The notes beneath the pieces were generated by a model. It was not told the origin of the DNA. It saw nothing but the letters and a program-made list of their open reading frames with translations, and did no database searches. From the IMG/VR virus record IMGVR_UViG_3300009780_000558: a stretch of DNA of 16,114 nucleotides. One strand, given 5' to 3'. The position numbers were made by a program, and so were the translations under genes. Below, piece by piece: positions 1 to 7,341 of the stretch. The stretch is from a virus. The stretch's first letter is position 1. Every line of letters starts with the position of its first letter.

Positions 1-21
1 AGCCAATTGGTAGTTCACAAG

Positions 22-49
22 AATAGACAATCATTGCTGATTGTCTATT
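22..49. repeat. Perfect 12-bp inverted repeat / RNA hairpin upstream of the first gene
   Basis: AATAGACAATCA (22-33), TTGC loop (34-37), TGATTGTCTATT (38-49). The arms are exact reverse complements. CAC (16-18) / GTG (50-52) could extend the stem across a bulge, followed by TTTT. Confidence 0.85.
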
Positions 50-90
50 GTGTTTTAGTGGTGAAATTAATAAAACAAGTAGGTGATAAG

Positions 91-531
91 ATGGCAAAAG
101 CCAAAACTAAAAAAGAAAAAACAAATGAAGAACTACAAGACAGTCAAGACTATAAAGACCTTATAGATTATATCTTCAAAAGATTATATGATACTCCACA
201 TCCTTTAGTTTATAAACAGATTAAAGAATTTAAAGAACAAGGCAAAACTTATTTTGGTATGCTACATAGTCTTATTTATTTTTATGATATGTTACAAAAT
301 GAAAAGAAAGATGATGTATTTGGTGTAGGCATAATAGAATATGTTTATGATGAAGCATCTAAATTTTATCAGCAAATAGAAAAAGAAAGAGAGAGATTAT
401 CTACTTTAGATATAGATTTAGAAAATGATATTCAAATTATAAATAAAAAAATAAACAAAGACAAACCTATAAATAAAAAAATAATTAATATAGAAAATAT
501 TACAGAAAGTATTGGTGAGTTAGATGAGTAA
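91..531 (+). CDS. Hypothetical protein (146 aa) immediately upstream of the DnaB-like helicase
   Basis: The supplied ORF starts at TTG 7, but ATG 91 is preceded by AGGTGATAAG (RBS-like) and the upstream frame runs through the 22-49 hairpin. Overlaps the next CDS by 8 nt. No recognised domain. Confidence 0.7.
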   Translation: MAKAKTKKEKTNEELQDSQDYKDLIDYIFKRLYDTPHPLVYKQIKEFKEQGKTYFGMLHSLIYFYDMLQNEKKDDVFGVGIIEYVYDEASKFYQQIEKERERLSTLDIDLENDIQIINKKINKDKPINKKIINIENITESIGELDE

Positions 532-2056
532 AGAAATAGAAATTGTAGATATAAAAGCAACTAAACATTTATTATCTTCTTTGATAACTAATCCATCTAA
601 TTTAGAAAATACTAAAATATGTTTAGAAGATTTTTTAAATAAAGAATATCAAATTTTATTTTCGGTTTGTAATAATCTATATCAAAATGGTGTAGAAAAT
701 ATAACTGAAATAACTATTTTAAATTATCTACAGAAATATCCATTACAGTTAGCACTATTTAATAAAGCTAATGGAGAAGAATTACTAAAAGAAATAGTAG
801 AATTAAAAGAAAACAATTATAAATATTACTATAATAAAATTAAAAAAATATCCATGCTTAGAAAATTGGATAAATTAGGATTAAACGTATTGGAGCTATT
901 TTGCAAATCTGCCGAAATCGATGTAAAAGAAAAAGAGCGGATAGAAAATAACTTTGAGAACGCCACGCTAAAACAAATACAAGAATTTTTTAGAGCACAG
1001 GTAGAAGAATGTTTTGGAACAATAGAACATCAAGACATAGAAACTATACAAGCAGGAGATAATATTGACGAGACTATCGACAAATGTTTGGCAGGAGAAA
1101 TATGGGGAATACCTTTTGCCTCTGAATATTTAACTACAGCAACTTATGGTAAGAATAAAAAGATGTTATATATTTATTCTACTCCTAGTGGTAAGGGAAA
1201 GAGTAGAAACGCTTTAAAAGATTTTGCATTCTCTGCTGCAAAAGAATTGTATAATCCATCTACAAAGAAATGGGAAACTAATGAACTATATAATAGCTAC
1301 AATGGTGGAATATATATACAATATGAGATGGATAACTATATGGAAGTACAACCTATTCTATTAGCTTACATAGCCAATGTAAGTACATCTAAGATTAAAG
1401 AAGGTAGGTTGTCAATAGAAGAACTACAGAGAATTAGATACGCAGGGCAAGTAATTAAAAATTCTAAGATGTGGTTAGCATCTGTAAAAGAATTTACAAT
1501 TGAAAAGATTAAAGCTGTTGTATCTGAATATAAAAGAAAATATAATATCGATGAAGTATATTTTGATTACGTTTCTGAAAATCCACACTTGATTGCAGAA
1601 TATGCAGATAAGGTTTCCGCAAGAATAGGAATAAGAGTAGACATGGTATTAACCAATTTATCTACAGCTTTAAAAGAAGAAATATGTATAGGCTATGATG
1701 TAGCAGTAATAACATCTACTCAAATCACAGGCAACTGGAGAGAAATGAGAACAGAACAGTTAATACAAGGTGCTAAAGCAATTATCAATAAGGCTGATTA
1801 TTGGTGGTTATTATTGCCTATTACTCCTGCTGATAAAGAAAAAATACAACCATTACTAAGCAAGAGCAATTATATTCAAGAGCCTACACACTTATTAGCT
1901 ATGCAAAAGGGTAGAGGTAGTAGATATGATAGTTCTCTATTGTGGCTTAACATAGACTATGGTACAATGCGTAGTCATGATTGTTTTGCAACCAATAGTG
2001 AATATGAATATATTAAAATGCCTAAGACTATTATTAAAAACAAAAAAGAAAAATAG
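524..2056 (+). CDS. dnaB: Replicative DNA helicase, DnaB-like
   Basis: DnaB-N-like helical N-terminus, Walker A-like YIYSTPSGKGKSRNALKDFA, IYIQYEMDNYMEVQPILLAYIANVSTSKIKEG (DnaB 'SLEM...' region), Walker B-like VYFDYVSENP, VAVITSTQI, and a C-terminal KGRGSRYDSSLLWLNIDYG segment. Confidence 0.85.
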   Translation: MSKEIEIVDIKATKHLLSSLITNPSNLENTKICLEDFLNKEYQILFSVCNNLYQNGVENITEITILNYLQKYPLQLALFNKANGEELLKEIVELKENNYKYYYNKIKKISMLRKLDKLGLNVLELFCKSAEIDVKEKERIENNFENATLKQIQEFFRAQVEECFGTIEHQDIETIQAGDNIDETIDKCLAGEIWGIPFASEYLTTATYGKNKKMLYIYSTPSGKGKSRNALKDFAFSAAKELYNPSTKKWETNELYNSYNGGIYIQYEMDNYMEVQPILLAYIANVSTSKIKEGRLSIEELQRIRYAGQVIKNSKMWLASVKEFTIEKIKAVVSEYKRKYNIDEVYFDYVSENPHLIAEYADKVSARIGIRVDMVLTNLSTALKEEICIGYDVAVITSTQITGNWREMRTEQLIQGAKAIINKADYWWLLLPITPADKEKIQPLLSKSNYIQEPTHLLAMQKGRGSRYDSSLLWLNIDYGTMRSHDCFATNSEYEYIKMPKTIIKNKKEK

Positions 2057-2073
2057 AAAAGAGTTTTTTTATT

Positions 2074-3207
2074 ATGGATGTGAAAAAAGAAATAAAAGAA
2101 AATATAAATGAAGAAAACATAATAAAAATATTAAAACATTACAATTGTAATCCTGTGGTAAACATTAACGAATATATAATATTTCCTAGTGTTTGCCACA
2201 ATAAAATATCTTCACATAAATTATATTATTATAAAAGTTCTAAATCTTTTTTCTGTTATTCTAATTGTGGTAGTATGTCTATATTTGATTTAATAATGGA
2301 AATAGAAAACACAAATTTTAGAAATGCTTTAAAAATATTGTGTGAAATATTAGATATAAAATTTTCAGAGGGATTTCAAATCCCAGATGAAGACGATACA
2401 TTCTTAACACAAATACAAAAAAAGAAAGATGAAGAATTAGAATTAGAAAAGCAAAAACAATTCTTCATAGACGAACAGGAACGCACATTAAGGATAGAGT
2501 TAACTCCTATTAATAAAAGAATACTACAATATTTCTCAAGCGATTTAAGCTATTGTAAGTGGCTCTATGAGGGATATGAAGAATTTGCATTAAAACAATT
2601 TGAAATTAAATCTCATATTATTGATGGAGGAATTATAATTCCACATTTTAATATTAATAATAATTTAGTAGGAATAAGAACAAGAAACTTCGGCGATAAA
2701 GAAAAGTTCTTTGGTAAATACACTCCACTATATTTAGATATGACAATGTATAAACATAGTTTAAGTTATAATCTTTATGGACTAAACTTGAACAACCACA
2801 CAATCAATAATTCTAAAAGATGTGTGATAGTAGAAAGTGAAAAGGCTGTAATCAAAGCTAAGCAATGGTTTAAAAATTTTTCTATTGTTATAGGAGTTTG
2901 TGGTTCTAATATTTCTTATTGGCAAATAAATACTCTTGCTAAGTTAGGAGTTAAAGAAATATGTTTTTGTTGGGATAAAGATTATAGAGATGCTAACGAA
3001 AAAGAAAATTGGAGAACTAAAGTTTTAAAAATTTATAATAAAGCAATTAAGTTTATCGAAAGAAAAGAATTTGATATTAGACTAACAATAATAGATTACG
3101 ATACTGTAGAAAATAATATAGAATATAAATCCAATCCTTTTGATTTAAACACGCCAAATGTTTATAAGCAACTGTTTAAAAATAGAATAGCATATGAAAA
3201 TATTTAA
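2074..3207 (+). CDS. dnaG: DNA primase, DnaG-like (CHC2-type zinc finger variant plus TOPRIM)
   Basis: Degenerate CHC2-like PSVCHNKISSHKLYYYKSSKSFFCYSNCGSMSIFDLIM. TOPRIM signature VIVESEKAVIKAKQWF ... GSNISYWQINTLAKLGVKEICFCWDKDY. Sits directly downstream of dnaB. Confidence 0.82.
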   Translation: MDVKKEIKENINEENIIKILKHYNCNPVVNINEYIIFPSVCHNKISSHKLYYYKSSKSFFCYSNCGSMSIFDLIMEIENTNFRNALKILCEILDIKFSEGFQIPDEDDTFLTQIQKKKDEELELEKQKQFFIDEQERTLRIELTPINKRILQYFSSDLSYCKWLYEGYEEFALKQFEIKSHIIDGGIIIPHFNINNNLVGIRTRNFGDKEKFFGKYTPLYLDMTMYKHSLSYNLYGLNLNNHTINNSKRCVIVESEKAVIKAKQWFKNFSIVIGVCGSNISYWQINTLAKLGVKEICFCWDKDYRDANEKENWRTKVLKIYNKAIKFIERKEFDIRLTIIDYDTVENNIEYKSNPFDLNTPNVYKQLFKNRIAYENI

Positions 3208-3237
3208 AAATAAATTAGAAAGAAATAGGAATTAAAA

Positions 3238-5214
3238 ATGAACAATCAACCATTGAAATATAATGTAGTTAATAAAGAGTTAGACTTAAATAAAAAACAT
3301 TTAAACCTTTTGGAAACTATATTAAAATATTATGAGATTGAAAATATAAAAGATTTTATATCTCCAAAGTTTTCAAATACTCACGACCCTTTTAAGTTAA
3401 AAAATATGCAACAGGCTATTGAATTATTATTTAATAGCTTAGATAAAAAAATATTAATGGAGCAAGATAGTGACTGTGACGGTATAACATCTTTTAGTAT
3501 TATGTACAACTTCATTAAATTAATTAATCCTAATACTAATATAGATTACTATATACATGATGGTAAGAAACATGGCATAACAAAAGAAGTCGTAAAGAGA
3601 ATTAAGAAAGAACAAATAGAATTACTAATTGTTCCAGATGGTGGAACTAATGATGTTGAGCTTTCAAAAGAAATTTCAGAATTAGGTTGTAGCATATTGA
3701 TTATAGACCACCATCCAATTGATAATGATAATCCATATGCTACTATAATTAACTGTAGGGATAAACAATATCCACATGAAAATTTAAGTGGTAGTCTTAT
3801 GTGTATAAAATTTATTGAAGCTTATGAACAAACTTATTTAAAAAACAAAATGAAGTCTCAAAGATTTTACTCTAAACAGTTCTATGACTTAGGTGGTTTA
3901 GGTGCTATAGCAGACATGATGGACGTTAGAGAGCTCGAGACAAGATATTATATGATTGAGGGTTGTAAACAAATCAATAATGAAGCTCTTAAAGAATTAG
4001 TAGAAAAGAAATCAGATGAATTTAATCTAGGTGTGACAATTCATAACTCTGCATTTACAATAGCACCTATGATAAATGCTATGTGCAGATATGGTAAGAT
4101 GGATGAAAAAGAAACTATGTTAAAAGCTTTCTGCAATTTCAAAGAAGATATAGAATATCAACCTAGGAGAAAATCTAAATCAGACCCACAACCACCAAAA
4201 GAAATTCATTCACTACAAAAAACTGCTGCAAGAATTTGCTTTAATGCAAAGACAAGACAAGATAATGCAGCTAAAAAGATTGAAGAAACAATTAAAGTTG
4301 AAATTGAAAAATTAAAACTACAAAAAAATAAAGTAATTGTTTTTATTGACAATCAAGATATTATTTCTTATGAAGATAAATCTCTTACAGGTTTATTGGG
4401 AAATAAATTAGTATCATACTTTGGTAAGCCTGTAATTATATTAAGACAAAATGAAAACAAACATAATAAAGAAAGTAATTCACCTTACCTTTATCAAGGC
4501 TCTTGTAGAAGTAGAGGGAAAGGAAAATTAGAAAGCACAATAGAATATTTCTCTAGCCTAAACTTATGCTTATGCCAAGGACAGCCCAATGCCTTTGGAG
4601 TTACATTTTACTCCTTAGAAGATATAAATACTTTTGTAGATATATGTAATAAAGAAATTACAGACGATGAAGTGGTAGATGTATCAGAAGTAGATTTTGT
4701 AATTGATGCCGCTCTATTAAAAGAAAAGAATGTTGTTGAGATTGCAAGTGCTTACAATATTTGGGGAGGATGTATTTCTAATCCTAAAATACTTATTAAA
4801 AACTTACTAATAAACAATATGGAAATAAATGGAGTAGGAAAAGAAGGTAGCGATTATAAAGGTTATATATCTTTTATTTATAATGGGATAAAATTTACAA
4901 AAAAATATTGTAACAAAGATGATTATGAAAACATGATGTGTAGACCAGAAGAATGGTTTGGCGATACACCAGAACAAATAATTAAAATGGATTTGTTATG
5001 TGAGTTTTACGCAGATAAATATGAGGATGAAGTTTATTATAATGTAAAGATTAGAGACTTTTATTGTGAGGCTGTTGAGTTTGTGGGTAGAGTTGATAAA
5101 CCAAGAGCTAAGAAAGAAACTGTAGAAGATGTTAAAGTGATTGAAGAAGTTATCAAAACTGAAAACAAACCTATAGAAACTCCAACTAAAAAATTCGATA
5201 GAAGTAAGTGGTAA
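3238..5214 (+). CDS. recJ: RecJ-like single-stranded-DNA exonuclease (DHH/DHHA1 family)
   Basis: EQDSDCDGITSFSIMYNF (motif I), LIVPDGGTND, ILIIDHHPIDNDNPYATIINCRDKQYPHENLSGSLMC (DHH motif), DLGGLGAIADMMDV. C-terminal GSCRSRGKGKLES and QGQPNAFGVTF are DHHA1-like. ATG at 3238 has an upstream AGGAAT. Confidence 0.85.
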   Translation: MNNQPLKYNVVNKELDLNKKHLNLLETILKYYEIENIKDFISPKFSNTHDPFKLKNMQQAIELLFNSLDKKILMEQDSDCDGITSFSIMYNFIKLINPNTNIDYYIHDGKKHGITKEVVKRIKKEQIELLIVPDGGTNDVELSKEISELGCSILIIDHHPIDNDNPYATIINCRDKQYPHENLSGSLMCIKFIEAYEQTYLKNKMKSQRFYSKQFYDLGGLGAIADMMDVRELETRYYMIEGCKQINNEALKELVEKKSDEFNLGVTIHNSAFTIAPMINAMCRYGKMDEKETMLKAFCNFKEDIEYQPRRKSKSDPQPPKEIHSLQKTAARICFNAKTRQDNAAKKIEETIKVEIEKLKLQKNKVIVFIDNQDIISYEDKSLTGLLGNKLVSYFGKPVIILRQNENKHNKESNSPYLYQGSCRSRGKGKLESTIEYFSSLNLCLCQGQPNAFGVTFYSLEDINTFVDICNKEITDDEVVDVSEVDFVIDAALLKEKNVVEIASAYNIWGGCISNPKILIKNLLINNMEINGVGKEGSDYKGYISFIYNGIKFTKKYCNKDDYENMMCRPEEWFGDTPEQIIKMDLLCEFYADKYEDEVYYNVKIRDFYCEAVEFVGRVDKPRAKKETVEDVKVIEEVIKTENKPIETPTKKFDRSKW

Positions 5215-5254
5215 TTATTTATAAAAATAAATTTTCAAAATATACCAAAATCAC

Positions 5255-5283
5255 TTGACATTTGTTATATTTTGTGATATAAT
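5255..5283 (+). promoter_or_regulatory. Consensus sigma70/sigmaA extended -10 promoter (P1)
   Basis: TTGACA (5255-5260), 17-nt spacer TTTGTTATATTTTGTGA, TATAAT (5278-5283), with TGA immediately before TATAAT (extended -10 TGn). Confidence 0.85.
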
Positions 5284-5289
5284 ATATTA

Positions 5290-5387
5290 GTGAGAGAAAT
5301 CTCACCTTTCATAATAATTCCTTCTATTAATTTTATTTTATATTATTTTTAAATACACTTGCTATTTATAGTAGGTGTATTTTTTTG
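5290..5387 (+). ncRNA. Candidate stand-alone small RNA (~98 nt)
   Basis: Predicted TSS about 7 nt after the P1 -10 box. The transcript would begin with GTGAGA-GAAA-TCTCAC (5290-5305, perfect 6-bp stem with GNRA tetraloop) and end at an intrinsic terminator (5351-5386). No plausible ORF with an RBS inside. The downstream dnaE gene has its own promoter. Confidence 0.6.
5351..5386 (+). terminator. Rho-independent terminator
   Basis: AAATACACTTGCTAT (5351-5365) / ATAGTAGGTGTATTT (5368-5382) is complementary over the whole arm with two G:U pairs (fewer pairs close at the tip), followed by a T run to 5386. Confidence 0.82.
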
Positions 5388-5535
5388 TCTATTTGTGTTC
5401 ACATCATATGAAGGCACAATGAGTTTGTCATTCCGCATTTACGCACATAGTTTGAAAATAGAGCCACAGATTTTTTCAACTTTGAATTAAAAATAAAAAG
5501 TAAAAAGTTTTTTTCAAAATAAATACCCTTAGCTA

Positions 5536-5564
5536 TTGACAAATGAATTTATGTGTGATATAAT
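5536..5564 (+). promoter_or_regulatory. Consensus extended -10 promoter (P2) for the DNA polymerase gene
   Basis: TTGACA (5536-5541), 17-nt spacer AATGAATTTATGTGTGA, TATAAT (5559-5564). About 30 nt upstream of the dnaE start. Confidence 0.85.
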
Positions 5565-5593
5565 AAGGTTAAAGAAGAAAGGAGTGATTAATA

Positions 5594-6973
5594 TTGAATG
5601 AAAAATTTAAAAATCTACCATTCACATCGATACACAATCATACAGACGATAGCAACCTACGTGGCTTAGACTCCACAATTAAAGTAGAACAATTAATCAA
5701 CACAGCTATCTCATTAAATTATAATGCTGTAGCTATTACAGACCATGAATGTCTGTCAAATCATGTTCAAGGAATATTACATTTAAAAAAGCTTCAAAAA
5801 AATAATAAAGCAAAAGATTTTAAATTATTATTAGGAAATGAAATATATTTAGTTAACTCGATAGAAGGAGTAAAAAATAAAACTGATAAATATTTTCATT
5901 TTATTTTAATAGCTAAAGATGAAATAGGACATGAACAATTAAGAGAACTTTCCTCAATAGCTTGGAACGGAATGTATAAGGCTCAAAACATTGAGAGAGT
6001 TCCCACTCTTAAGTCTACCTTAAAAAGAATTGTAAGTGCAAATAAAGAACATTTAATTGCATCTACAGCTTGTTTAGGTGGTGAATTACCATTTCTAATA
6101 AATGAGTATTTAACTGATTTAAGAGACGAAAACAAGAAACAAAAAATAGAAAATTTCATCTTAGAAATACAAGAATTATTTGGAGATGATTTATATTTTG
6201 AATTGCAACCTGTATTGGACGACAATACTCAACAATCTTATTTACAAAAATCAATAAATAAGATGTTAGTAAAATTAGGTGAAGTGTATGGTGTAAAGTG
6301 TATAGTGACTACAGATAGCCACTATCTAAAAAAAGAACATAAATTGTTGCATTATAATTTTCTTAACTCTAAAGAAAATGAAAGTAGGGAAACAGGAGAT
6401 TTTTATAATTCAACATATATGATGGAAAAAGAAGAATTATTTGGATATATTTCAAATCATATTGAAGAAGAAAAAGTATTTGAAATATTTAATAATACTA
6501 TGGAAATTTACAACAAGTGTAAACAAATAGATTTACACAAAGATACCATTGTTCCAGAAGATAAAAAAGGTGGAAAGTTTGTTATCCAACATATTTTTAA
6601 AGAGTATTATGAAAAATATCCTTATATAGAAAAATTTAATAATGATGAAAAAGATAGAAGATTATTACATTTAATTGAAAAAGGTTTTATTGAAAAAAAT
6701 CAAGAATTTAATGAAATTAATCTTTCTAGAATTAACACAGAATTGATGCACATATACAAAACTTCTGAAAAGATTAATGAAAAATTATCAAAATATTATA
6801 CACTTACAAACAAATTAATAGAAATTATTTGGAAAAAATCTTTTGTAGGTGTAGCTCGTGGAAGTGTTACAGGATTTTATATCTGTTATTTAGCAGATAT
6901 AATTCAAATTAATCCCATTGAACATGGGCTACATGAGTGGAGACATCTACATTTTGAAAGACCAGAGTTGCCT
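5594..6973 (+). CDS. dnaE: DNA polymerase III alpha subunit (DnaE-type), exon 1: PHP domain and N-terminal part of the palm
   Basis: TTG start with AAGGAG RBS. PHP motifs TSIHNHTDDSN, AITDHECLSNH, STACLGGELPF, VTTDSHYL. Polymerase motif VGVARGSVTGFYICYLADIIQINPIEHGL...FERPELP. The supplied ORF (5594-7036) reads 20 codons into the intron after PELP. Confidence 0.9.
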
Positions 6974-7341
6974 AAACATTATTGGGCGTTAAGTGTGAAC
7001 CTTGCTAAAGGGTGTGTTAGTGACTTAAGTTATTAATGCTAATGGTATCAGTTGAATAAGACTTCTACACAAGCCTTACAAGGAGATTGTAGAAATTAAA
7101 AAGACGAAGTAGCTGACTAAGAGAGCCTAAGGTCTAGAAATAGATAGCTGGTAATACCATGCGAAGTCTATTAAAATATTAATAGAAACGTTTAACGACT
7201 ATTCCGTAAGGAAGTAGTGATAGAGATAAGCACTATCACGAAGTGCATTTATTTGTATTGTTGTGAAATAAGACAAAGAGATATAGTCTAAGCCCACTAT
7301 TAAATTAGTGTTAAAGTATTGTGAAAACAAGGGTATAATTG
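6974..7341 (+). ncRNA. Group I self-splicing intron (368 nt, no ORF), group IA-like, interrupting dnaE
   Basis: P1: exon UGCCU (6969-6973) / GGGCG (6984-6988), with U:G at the 5' splice site. P10: TATT (6980-6983) / GATA (7342-7345). P3: AATGC (7035-7039) / GCATT (7245-7249). Long-range ATGGTAT (7042-7048) / ATACCAT (7154-7160). Stem TTCTACA (7063-7069) / TGTAGAA (7088-7094). Stem TCTATTAA (7167-7174) / TTAATAGA (7179-7186). P7: AACGACTA / TAGTC (7197-7201 / 7284-7288). Stem-loops TTCC-GTAA-GGAA (7202-7213) and GTGATAG/CTATCAC (7217-7223/7233-7239). P9-like CACTA/TAGTG (7295-7299/7306-7310). Terminal G at 7341. Confidence 0.93.

Noticed and set aside
7-90. N-terminal extension of the first ORF from TTG 7
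   Set aside because: The reading passes through the perfect hairpin at 22-49. ATG 91 has a nearby RBS-like sequence and is the more plausible start.
5470-5514. Second intrinsic terminator around CAACTTTGAATTAAAAATAAAAAGTAAAAAGTTTTTTT
   Set aside because: Only AACTT/AAGTT pairs cleanly around a long A-rich loop. The stem is too weak to call a terminator.
6974-7036. C-terminal residues KHYWALSVNLAKGCVSDLSY of the first polymerase ORF as real protein
   Set aside because: They are read-through into the 5' end of the intron (P1 loop and beyond) and have no counterpart in DnaE sequences.
7037-7338. dnaE as a pseudogene, frameshift, or naturally split polymerase
   Set aside because: The gap has group I core pairings, both exon edges meet exactly at the conserved PELPDIDID motif, and both exons have intact coding. 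No intein motifs occur at this junction, so a split intein is also unlikely.
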